Shown one piece after another: positions 25,041 through 36,386 of a stretch of DNA of 64,000 bases. Origin of the DNA: Octopus bimaculoides (lineage: Eukaryota); assembly GCF_001194135.2 (NCBI RefSeq), contig NC_068981.1, forward strand, positions 188,978,250 through 189,042,249. The letters are read 5' to 3'. Numbering within the stretch: the first letter of the stretch is position 1; each line of letters begins with the position of its first letter. Below the pieces are notes generated by a model. The model was given only the letters and a program-made list of their open reading frames with translations. It was not told the origin of the DNA and did no database searches. The translations under genes and the position numbers were made by a program.

Positions 25041-27267
25041 TTTTAAAATGATAAAATCTTAACAGAGAGCTCTAATCCTCTTCATATATTCTAACCTGTT
25101 TCTCTATCTCTTATAGAGCTTATTTAACATAATATAGAGCTTATTTATTTTAATTTAACTATAAAATGGTACTACAATAAAATACTGCTACTCACAGTCA
25201 TAATTACTGAGAGAAATTCACTAAAGGTACAATTGTGGTTGACTTGGCTAACATACATAATGAAGTACATGTTTTTGTTCACAAAAACCTAAATATTAAC
25301 CTGCAAGCTCAACAAAATTAAGTATATCTTACTTTATCAGACATTTTAACACTATAAACCTAATTTCTAATTTCATATATTTACAACTCAGCTTATACCA
25401 AACCCTAACCACTACTGAAACTACATGCTATGCTTTGCTGCTTCGTCTAAAACATGCTCTCTCACTTTCATGGTCTGCTTGTCTTGTATAGCCACAAATC
25501 TGTCTAAAATGTATTTTGTTGAATCTCAGAGATAGCCTCAATACTTGTAGATCAGCCATCAGAATTGAAGTCATTTTGATATAAAATAATCAAATAAGAT
25601 AAGGCTTTGACATAGGCTCTGATATGTGGGCAATATGGTAAACACAGCATCTCTCATATCTTCTCTAATTTACAAGATGTAATGCTATTTTTAAAGGTGG
25701 TAAATGACCCTACATGTCACCTGGTTTAACATACCACCTTCCCCGCCTCCTCCTAGACCAGTACAGTTCTCAGCTAGTTTTTCATCACGGACATCTTTGG
25801 TTTACTAAAGATGAGAATAAAATGGATAAATATACAAGTCAAAGCTGAGCCAACTAAGTATCCTGTATAGAGTAAAAATAACAGCCAAATCTACCTTAAA
25901 TCACACTCTACAATCTTAAAAGTAGGATGCAAGGGATAATGTAGTCCTGAATTCCCTGCACATAAAAAAAGTTGGGATGTCCACAGCTGAAATATCTTCC
26001 ATCATGGGTCTGCTTGATCAGAGGTGACTTGGGGCAGCCATCCAGAGCTTCAACAGTAAGAAACCTTTTGGGTTCTGGCCCATCCTCCCAGATTTTAACC
26101 TCTCATCTCCTTGCTTACAACTGCCTCCCTTTCTATCATAACTCTACTCAGTCAAAGAATATCTAAGTCTTGTGAGTTACATGGTGGCCTCATTTGTGCT
26201 ACTTCCACAAACAAAACACTCAATACACTCTAAAGTAGTTGGCATTTGGAAGGTCATCCAGCCATAGAAATCATGCCAAAATAGACATTGGAGCATAATG
26301 CAATCTTCAGACTAGTCACATCCTGTCAAACTATCCAACAACAGCTAGGATGGAAGATGAACATTAAAAGATGATAATGATTATCAGCCCTATACACAAC
26401 TTACTAACATGCAAACCTAACATCTCTATGTGACAAAAATCTCTCAACCACTATTCTAGGCTATATTCTAAATTCCAACTTTTCTCTGAAAGATGATGTT
26501 TATGCATGTGTACAATCCATTCTCAATGCACACATTTTCTTGACTTTCTCACTTACATCTCAACAAAACAGTCCTTCTTCCCTATTATTTTAAGTTCTGT
26601 TTTCTTTGCCACACTCTAAACACCTCCAGCTGTTTGATTATCAAAATGCATCGAAGACACCTCTGTGCGTCTTCTCCACCTTTTCTCTAAGGTTATATTT
26701 TTAGATGACTTTACAGAATATAATTCCTATTGGCTATCATTGTCTCTCCCCCCCCCCCATTGATAATGTTGTCACAGAGGCTGAAGAGTCAGCCTTTTGA
26801 ATTAGTTGCACCAATAAGTCTCCTCACCAACCCACATCTTTGAATATCTAAATACAATGAATTTCTTTCTCAGTTATAATCCAATATTTACCTCACCATC
26901 ACAGTCTCCTTCCTCACAAGCTAATTTCAGTACTATTTAATTAAGAACTTCCACTCATTATTAACTTTATCAATCCCTTTAATACTTCAAGTCAGCTAAT
27001 TAATTGGAATTGTGCCATTCTAGTTTAAATCTTCCTAATAATACAATTACTGTATCTATGAATCTTTTAAAAGAATCTTTAATAATGATATGCTACAAGG
27101 TATAACTTGAGCCTTAAACCAGATTGTGGAGGCACATGGCTTAGTGGTTAGTGTGTTGGACTTGAGCAAAACAGTTCATTTTCTGTTGCTCCAGTCCACT
27201 CAGCTGGTAGTAATGAGTAATCTTGTGACAGATCAGCATTCTGGCCAGGGAGGAATATATACACCAT

Positions 27268-27648
27268 AGGCACAAGAGTGGATGTGTGGTGAAAAGCTTG
27301 CTTGCCAACCATATGCTTCTGGGTTCAGTACCACTACATGGCACCTTGGGCAAGTGTCTTCTACTATAGCTTCCGGCCGACTAAATCCTTGTGCGTGGAT
27401 TTGGTAGATAGAAACTGAAAGAAGCCGATTGTATATATGTGTGTGTGTGTGTTTGTCTCCCCCCTTCCACATCACTTGACAACCGAGGCTGATATGTTTA
27501 CGTCCTCATAACTTAGCGGATCGGCAAAAATGACCGATAGAATAAGTGTTAGGCTTACAAAGAATAAGTCCGGGGGGTCGATTTGCTCAACTAAAGGCAG
27601 TGCTCCAGTATGGCCACAGTCAAATGACTGAAACAAGTAAAAGAATAA
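27268..27648 (+). mobile_element. SINE family A, full length
   Basis: Collinear with the other family A copies. Confidence 0.9.
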
Positions 27649-27796
27649 ACTGGCCCTAGGCTCTTTACAGAGTGGTGTGGACTAACCAAACCAGGTCATC
27701 ATCAAGGAGAATTTAATTACTACAAAAGCATTTTGATAAGGAATTATTTACATTATTTACATTTGACGGATATTTGTCCTCATCTTGTTTGTTGTT

Positions 27797-27842
27797 AACA
27801 CAACGTTTCAGCTGATATACCCTCCAGCCTTCATCAGGTGTC
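27797..27842 (-). ncRNA. Minimal hammerhead motif, family 1 (inverted partner)
   Basis: Exact reverse complement of 28083-28128. Confidence 0.75.
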
Positions 27843-27878
27843 TTGGGGAAATTTCGAACCTGGGTTCTCATTCCTAAG

Positions 27879-27917
<39 letters not shown>

Positions 27918-28082
27918 TCACTGCCTGGAACCGAACTCGGAATCTTGGGGTTAAGAGTGCAGGCTACTAACCCCAAGATTCTGAGTTCAATTCCAAGCAG
28001 TGACCTGAACAATAATAATAATAATAATAATAACATCGAAAAATACCTTAGGAATGAGAACCCAGGTTCGAAATTTCCCCAG

Positions 28083-28128
28083 GACACCTGATGAAGGCTG
28101 GAGGGTATATCAGCTGAAACGTTGTGTT
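28083..28128 (+). ncRNA. Minimal type-I hammerhead ribozyme motif, family 1 (sense to PDE1 intron)
   Basis: GACAC-CUGAUGA-A-GGCUG(10-nt loop)CAGCU-GAAA-C/G-UU-GUGUU; stem I 5 bp, stem II 5 bp, palindromic AACGUU stem III. Confidence 0.75.
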
Positions 28129-29004
28129 AACAACAAAGGTAAGGACAAATATCTGTCAAATGTAAATAATGTAAATAATAAACATTTTGAATTATGTATT
28201 TTAAAAATAATTGCAGTAATAGAATGATTCCACCAGGTTGGACACATAAAAATAATAAAACTTGGGGGAATCATTTTCACACAGTAGACAGAGAATACGC
28301 CTATTAAGATCAAGGAGAATATGACAAATATGTGAATAGTTTTGGGCTGTGGAGAGTTTGAATAATGCAAGATTATTCTTGATCTGAATATACAAGCAAA
28401 CTAGTAAGGTGTTACTAAAATATATTCATGTAAATTTGAATTGAAAATAATTGTCATTGTTTAACTCTGGATCAGTTATGATCAGGCAAACATTAATCCA
28501 AAGTATCTCAGCTGTGGAGCATGCCATCTTTTTTTTGTACAGGCAATTCTTAACCAGAACTACATGATGCAATGTGTCCTGATAGGGGTATATTTTTTCT
28601 TGCAACTCAAGCAATAATCTAGAAGTTCCCACATTGGATTTCAACAAGATTATTCTAAGTAAAGAAAATTTTGAAATTACATGGTTGAGACTGTTGATAC
28701 AAAAATGTATCTCTCGTTCATTGACAAGAGCTTAAACAAGTGTGTCACTTGGAAAATTGTTGTTGGTTTTCTCTTTACACAGAAGTTAAAATACCTGTGT
28801 CTTTATTACTGGTGACATTGATCATTTGTACAACATACCTGTGTGTTTATTTTATTACTAATGACATTATACACTTGGTTACTTCACCACTTTATAGTTA
28901 GAGCTGAAAATTTCTATTTTGAGATTTCACAACAGACTTAATAAATGTAAACAAAGCTTAGTGAAATGTCAACAAAGTGAAATTGTTTCTGTATATATCT
29001 TGTG

Positions 29005-29388
29005 TGTGGAGGCGCAATGGCCCAGTGGTTAGGGCAGCAGACTCGCGGTCATAGGATCACGGTTTCAATTCCCAGACCGGGCGTTGTGAATGTTTATTGA
29101 GCGAAAACACCTAAAGCACCACGAGGCTCCGGCAGGGGATGGTGGCGAACCTTGCTGTACTCTTTCACCACAACTTTCTCTCACTCTTACTTCCTGTTTT
29201 TGTTGTGCCTGTATTTCAAAGGGACCAGCCTTGTCACACTGTGTCACGCTGAATATCCCAGAGAACTACGTTATGGATACACGTGTCTGTGGAGTACTCA
29301 GCCACTTGCACGTTAATTTCACGAGCAGGCTGTTCCGTTGATCGGATCAACTGGAACCCTCGACGTCGTAAGCGATGGAGTGCCAACA
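29005..29388 (+). mobile_element. tRNA-derived SINE family C, young copy with 10-bp TSD
   Basis: A-box TGGCCCAGTGG, B-box GGTTTCAATTCC; ATATCTTGTG at 28995-29004 and 29389-29398; CpG-rich. Confidence 0.9.
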
Positions 29389-31526
29389 ATATCTTGTGTA
29401 TATTCTGTAACTTCTAAGTTTGATCAACACAAATTTAAACCTTCAATATCTCTACTGCAATTTGGTGTTGAATGTTTATCTTCTCCATCTTGAGCAAACT
29501 CCCCATGCTGCTGTTGAAGTTTTGAAGCACTATTGAACTTTTCATTTTCAATAATGCCATCTTATTACTTGCACAGTGGCTTATTTTTTAAATAAGTAGT
29601 TATGTGGAAGATGGCAATGAAGTCTTTTCTCATCTGGGCTATGCCCACCTTCTCTTCTATAATCTGTGTAGTCATATAGCTCAACAGCAAAAAACCTGTT
29701 CTGACCCCTTTTTTCAAAAGCTGCCTCCCATTCAACTATAACCCCACTCACTTGAAGGAAACTGTAGCCATGCATAGCAACCTCACTAGGGCTGGTGCGA
29801 TGGGAAAAAAAGCACCCAATATTCAATACATGTTATAAAGTTGTTGGCATTAGGAAGAGCACCCACCTATAGAAACAATGCCAAAGCAGGCATGGGAATA
29901 TGATGCAGTCACCAGACCCATCAGATCTTGTTGAACAATCCAACCTATGCCAGTATGGAACATGGGCATTAATCAATGATGATGTTAGGTATATTAGTTT
30001 ACTGAAGGAAAGTGGATAAGTTATGCCACAGCACAATTTGAAGTAGGCCTAGAAAATAAAAGTCTACTTTCATTATTTACATCAAGTGTATGCCTTGTTG
30101 CAAGTAGCCTTACTGCTTTAATAGTTCAACAATTAAATACTTCTAGGAATGATTATAGAATTGCTTTCAAAATAATATGTGGATTAAAGGAAGATTCACA
30201 AGTCAGCCATTACTTCTATGCACCTAGCCATAAATTTATATCAGGTTAACAAATAAACTGTGATAATTATTCAGTAGTTATAGATTCACATTTCTTTTTT
30301 TTTTTTCCAAGTGTTCGTTACACAATTTGTATAAATTTTGTTTTCGTTATTCTCTTACTGATTCAGCATTTCCTATTCTCTGTTCATTTCCTATCCACTG
30401 TTTCTAAACAGTGAAAGTCTTCATTGGCTGCTACAGGAAGTTCATTTCCTTCTCAGACGTACTAACAACAAATATAAAATTATATATTCAAAGAACATTT
30501 TGTAAAGAGGAAATACAATTGGTCAAAGAGATTTACTACTTGTTCTTATACAGAAGCTTATTCAGATGTTAGATTTACAGCTCCCTTCAGTTCATTGTTG
30601 ACGATCTTAGTAGGACATTTCCGTTAAGTAATTGAGAGCAATACAGTATAGAGCAGAAAGCTGTGAGATCTTAGGATTAAAAGTATGCTAGAATAATCTG
30701 CTGTGAAAGACAGTAATGGAGCTGAACTTTGAAGAACTCTTCCGCTTCTTACTTGGAGATTTAACCGGATTACACTGAAGCAGACATCCAAGTAAGAGTC
30801 AAAGAAACAATAAACAGGAAGCTTGAACAAAAGTTTGGTTTCACTGTGCTTTGAAAGTATAAAAATATGAGTAAGGTGAGATTAATATGTTAATCTCTGT
30901 GTATTTATGCTTTATTCTTACATTGGAAAATGGAGTTTAGGAATTTAAATACAATAGTCTCTAATATTATCTTATTTGTATTTAAGAATAATGTTGGGGA
31001 TGATCAGGTAGTTTTAATCTGTTTTTAATTTCAATGTAGAAACTAAAGCAGATCATTAAGATTTGGTTGGGATTATACAATACTTATTGAAATAATCAGA
31101 AATTGCATTTATCTTACAATCAGTGGCAAAAGGTTTCCTTATTTAGTCTTATTAGCTTCACTGCTTCCAAATATTTGGAAGCAAATAAATGTCCTAAAAA
31201 TTATTATTCTTGTTAAATTTTCAGAAATAATTCTGATAGAAAGGTATCATTGAAAATGAGTTTAAGCTTTACTTGTGAGTTTCGCAACTGCCTAGAGGAT
31301 TTTTTTTTCTACCCGATAAGAAATGAAGGGATCCCATAAATCATGGAATTTTATTCAACAGGATAGGCACGAATATCTTGGGTTATTTTCTCAATAAATA
31401 TATCATATTTTGACTGTTTAAAAAGTCACAATATTACTAGAAAAAAACCAATCTTGTTTTTTAACTCAATTTTTTTAACATGGAGAGAAGGAAATATTAC
31501 AATTTCTGAAATTTTTTTTCTTACAG

Positions 31527-31601
31527 GTCATGAAGTGAAAAGGCCATGGAAACCAATATTAGAAGTAAATAAAGCAAAGTGGATAGAAATAGCAGCCCAA
31601 G
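31527..31601 (+). CDS. PDE1: PDE1 window exon 8 (last helix of catalytic domain)
   Basis: ttacag|GT CAT...G|gtattt; HEVKRPWKPILEVNKAKWIEIAAQ resembles the PDE1 W......N...W...AAQ terminal helix; phase 1/1. Confidence 0.9.
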
Positions 31602-31913
31602 GTATTTGTCCTTGTAAATTGTAATTAATTGAGAAATGTTTTTATTTCAAACAATAAGACATTGTAAATAATAAATGCAATTGAAAAAATTACTTGAAAC
31701 GACTCATGAGAATTTTAATTAATGATAATAAAAGTAATATGTGTTTTTAATTAATTTGAAATGTAGTGTTTCATGGTCTTTCTAAATAAATGCAATAAAT
31801 CCTATATATTTGTGACAAACAACTTACATGTATAATCATGTTTCTAAGTTTCATAATTAACAAAAAATATTTCTTGTACAAAATAATTAATAGCAACAGA
31901 AATAACAAAAGGT

Positions 31914-32759
31914 AATCTTGATCTCAAACTGAATGTGGACGTTGTATTAGAACACACAATACTGCATTATTTACCTTCAGAAAAACTTTCATAAGGACTT
32001 GTAGTGTTTAAAAACACATTTAATTATTTTGTTGACTGACAAGAATCATTTGTTATGACAGCTAGTACTGCCAGATCACGTGATTTCACCCTACAATGGG
32101 TTCCTCAGTGACACATGTCCAGCAGAAGCACAACAGGCGAGCTGGCAGAAGCATTAGCACGCCAGGCAAAATGCTTAGCGGTATTTTGTCGGCAACTACG
32201 TTCAGAGTTCAAATTCCACCGAGGTCGACTTTGCCTTTCATCCTTTCGAGGTCGATTAAATAAGTACAAGTTATACACTGGGGTCAATATAATCGATTTC
32301 ATCCGTTTGTCTGTCCTTGTTTGTCCCCTCTGTATGTAGCCTCTTGTGGGCAGTAAAGAAATAAGAAGCACAACAGTCAAATCTCCAGTCATCAATATAA
32401 AAAAAATCTCATTGTCTATTCGAGCACTGATGTCACAAATAGCCAATGGGATTATTAAAAAAATAACTAATAGTGACAGAAACAGTAATGATAACAGAAG
32501 GTAATCTTGATCTCTAACTTAACATGGGTGTTGTGTCAGAACACACAATACTGAATTATTTACCTTGAGAGAGTCTCTCATAAGAACTAATGGTGTTTAC
32601 GGACTGGTACCTGAATAGACACTTATATTCTTCTTTGTCAATGATATAATCATGCGTGCTTTTATGCACCATGAGTCCTTATGAGAGTTTCTCTCAAAGT
32701 AAACAATGCAGTATTCTGTGTTCTAACACAACCTCCATGTGAAGATGGAAATCAAGATT
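31914..32759. repeat. Three copies of a roughly 88-bp unit in the last PDE1 intron (two direct, one inverted)
   Basis: 31914-32000 (+), 32503-32590 (+), 32671-32759 (-); shared AATCTTGAT...TTGT.T.AGAACACA.AATACTG.ATT.TTTAC...TCATAAG. Confidence 0.85.
32137..32363 (+). mobile_element. SINE family B with 13-bp TSD in the last PDE1 intron
   Basis: AGAAGCACAACAG at 32124-32136 and 32364-32376. Confidence 0.9.
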
Positions 32760-32860
32760 GTATTTCTTGCACAATTAATTTGTTTAATTAACTAAAATAT
32801 TCCTTGTCAAAGTATACACTTCAAATGTTTAACTTTACTTTTTCTCTTGTTGCATCACAG

Positions 32861-33051
32861 ATGCAGCAGAAAGAGCACTCAAGGTCTCACTAAGAGCAAG
32901 TTCTGAGCAACTTGATGCTGACAGGCCTGAAAGCGCTTCCGAGAAGACTAAAACGCCTCCTGACAGTGACAATGTTTCACAGAAAGATGGTGATTCACAA
33001 AGTAATGACAAAGCTGCACCAACAGTTTCTCAAAAAGAAGAGCTATGCTGA
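32861..33051 (+). CDS. PDE1: PDE1 terminal coding exon (window exon 9), stop TGA 33049-33051
   Basis: strong polypyrimidine tract, catcacag|AT GCA; phase 1; DAAERALKVSLRASSEQLDADRPESASEKTKTPPDSDNVSQKDGDSQSNDKAAPTVSQKEELC*. Confidence 0.85.
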
Positions 33052-33419
33052 ACTTGCTTACAATGCTCTGATTACAATTTATGTACAGGCACACATATAC
33101 ACACACACACACACACAGATGCACACATATATACAAAAGTTAACTAAGAATAATACTGACATATATACATGTTTATTGTGGTTGTATAATAATTTTCAAA
33201 AGTCAGTCACACACACACACACAAATATATACACACACACACACACACATGCATACTTACATACACAAACACAACACATAGTTATAGTTTAACTAATGAA
33301 TAGATACTGACATATTCATTCATATTTGGTGTGGTTGTATAATAGTATTCAAGACATACACACCACATGCACAAATGCATGAGTGTGAATGTGTCCACAC
33401 ACATTTGTATATGTGTGTG

Positions 33420-33458
33420 CATATGTGTATATATAAATATATATACATATGTGTATAA

Positions 33459-33498
<40 letters not shown>

Positions 33499-33621
33499 AT
33501 GTGTATAAGTAAATATATGTACATATATATATATATATATATACACATATATATATATATACACATTTATATATATGTATATATAAATATATATATATAT
33601 ACATTTATATGTATGTGTATG

Positions 33622-33682
<61 letters not shown>

Positions 33683-33817
33683 NNNNNNNNNNNNNNNNNN
33701 NNNNNNNNNNNNNNNNNNNNNNNNNNNNNNNNNNNNNNNNNNNNNNNNNNNNNNNNNNNNNNNNNNNNNNNNNNNNNNNNNNNNNNNNNNNNNNNNNNNN
33801 NNNNNNNNNNNNNNNNN

Positions 33818-33880
<63 letters not shown>

Positions 33881-33990
33881 CATATACATACATATATATA
33901 TATAATACATACATATATATATATATAATACATACTGTGTGTGTGTGTCTGCGTTTTGTATGTGTACGTTTGTAAGTGTGTGTGCATGTG
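33420..33990. repeat. (AT)n/(AC)n microsatellite spanning gap 33683-33817
   Basis: Directly visible. Confidence 0.95.
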
Positions 33991-35992
33991 TGTATGTTTG
34001 TGTACAATGACCTCTGTACATTAATATATACATACATTCATTCGTATACATTTGAATATAACAAAGTAATACATGCCTTAGTGTTGAATCTGCCATCAGA
34101 ACTAAGGCCATGATAATTTCTCATCATGTGCCACAATGTACCATTCTACTGCTAGCTTTCATTCTGAGTGTTGGATCCAACAGCATTTGCCTTAATGCTG
34201 GCCACAAAACATCCCCATATAATTCTTTTGCATTTTTTTCTCTTTTTATTTTTTTTTCCCAGATATTTATTCCATGAGAATCTAGAATCTTTCAGAATAT
34301 AAGCATATAAAATCAGGGCTTCACTTACATATCATCACATCAAAATCGATGTTACTGTTAATAGCATTCACTTGATCTATAATTTATTGTATTCTTTCAA
34401 TTAAATGTATACGAAGTCAAATGCCATTTATATACAAACTTTTAATATCTACTTTTTATTTTTAAGAAATACCTAATAATTTTCATTTAAAAAAAAAAAA
34501 ATTTTATTCAACTATTTATTTTCATTTTTCATTTTTTAAACCTTGGATTCTATATATTTTAGCATATTTTCAGAAGATCATAAAATGAATGGTTCTGAAA
34601 TAGAAGTTTTAGGAAACACTGCATTGCTGATCAAATACTCCATTAAAAAGAAACTTTTAACAAATGGATTATATATGTTCAACAGGATGGCCAGTGATTT
34701 AGACTAGCTATATAATAATTATGTTTGCACTTTGTATATTTAAATTATCTAATTTAACTGCTTTTTTTTTTCTAATATAAAATATTACATTGTTTTTGTA
34801 ACTCAAAGTAGTAACAAAACAAATTTGTATCTATACATAGAAATTCTTAAGTACTCTGTGCTTAGAAATCCTGTTGTGTAATTATTTCAGGACAAAAGCG
34901 AAATAAATCTCAGGATAAACTCTTAATCTGAAAATATCTGTTGATGAATGAATTGTCACTAAAGTAAGGTAACTTTGAAAATAAACATTTATGTAAATAT
35001 TATTTACTTGAACCAATTTTTAATTAGTAATAGTTAATCTTTGAATTGACTTTCAAAATTATTTCTAACTATCTTACTAAGAAAATTCAACCATTTGATA
35101 AATACAGAGATATATTTATGGAACATCTAGGAATTTCCATGAATGAATTTAGAAAGTTTAATTAATAGCATTCAGTAAAAACACCCTTTTTTCCATGAAT
35201 TCTTGTATGATTAGTTATTTAGATTAGATCAAAACATGTTTGGTAAACAAGATATGCAAAGGGAAATGAAAAGTAATTGACGTAATTTGACTAATTTTAT
35301 TGGGTTGGCTTTTATACTGGAAACATCACAAGCTTTGAAAGTAAACTTACTTTGTGCTACTGTTTTCCTAAATTTACCATTTTCCCAAAACAAATGTGCT
35401 TATTTTGCATTATCAATTAAAACTTCATTTTTATCACCCAGTCTTCCATGAAATAGTTGCAATTAACCTGAACTAGATCCATAGCCTAAGTTCATATGCT
35501 CAGATCCTTAGAAATATATAGAATTTTTTTGCATGTTTATTAAAACTACGTCACTCTTCAAACAAATTTGATATACTTTCAGAAAACCATTTGTAATTTA
35601 AAAAAAAAATCTTTTAATCAACTTAATGTGATATGGTTTATTGCAGATGAAAACATTTTGATTACAGTTTCAAAATTATCATCGAAATGTAAGAAGTTGT
35701 TTATTTCCTTTCTTTTCCTGCATTTTAGATAATTTGAAGTTCTTAGTATAAATAATTTCTGAAATATAATGAACTATGTAAGTGAAGCCCATTGCCTTTT
35801 CCAGTCGAAATAAGAAAAACTTAAACTTGGCAATGATAATCAATGACTTTGTAAAACAAAAATGTCAAATTTCTTATAACGAATGGTGATAAATAATTGT
35901 AATCAACGACTAGTGTGTGTTTATAACTCACTCCTTTTTTCCTTATGCATACATTCACACATACACAGTTTATATATATATATCTATATATA

Positions 35993-36311
35993 GGAGCACT
36001 CTGTCGGTTACGATGATGAGGGTCCCAGCTGAGATACAATCAACGGAACAGCCTGCTTGTGAAATTAATGTGCAAGTGGCTGAGCACTCCACGAACACGT
36101 GTACCCTTAATGTAGTACTCAGGGAGATTCAGCATTACACAGAATGTGACAAAGCTAGCCCTTTGAAATACAGGTACTACTCATTTTTGCCAGCTGAGTG
36201 GACTGGAGCAACGTGAAATGAAGTGTCTTGCTCAAGGACAGAAAGCGTCGCCGGGAATTGAACTCATAATTGTGAGCCGAATGCCCTAACCACTAAGCCA
36301 CACATCTTCAC

Positions 36312-36312
<1 letters not shown>
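35993..36312 (-). mobile_element. SINE sharing the family C 3' half, in the presumptive PDE1 3' UTR
   Basis: Same body and tail as 29.2-29.39 kb; relatives at 1-135 (-), 9205-9530 (+), 27125-27260 (+), 55830-55970 (-) and 57670-57915 (-). Confidence 0.8.

Positions 36313-36386
<74 letters not shown>

Larger units (their letters stand above)
27743..28179. repeat. Long inverted repeat, arms of about 210 bp, 14-bp spacer
   Basis: 27743-27953 is the reverse complement of 27968-28179, apart from a few substitutions and small indels. Confidence 0.95.

Noticed and set aside
27950-28000. tRNA gene
   Set aside because: Only a tRNA-like head (Asn-like layout) within a repeat, with no complete cloverleaf or acceptor stem. 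The same applies to all SINE heads; no true tRNA, rRNA or CRISPR array was seen.
30380-30630. Possible PDE1 cassette exon (pyrimidine tract, several AG sites)
   Set aside because: No acceptor/donor pair gives a phase 1/1 open exon with recognisable similarity.
33040-33051. C-terminal Cys as a prenylation signal
   Set aside because: EELC is not CaaX, CC or CxC.
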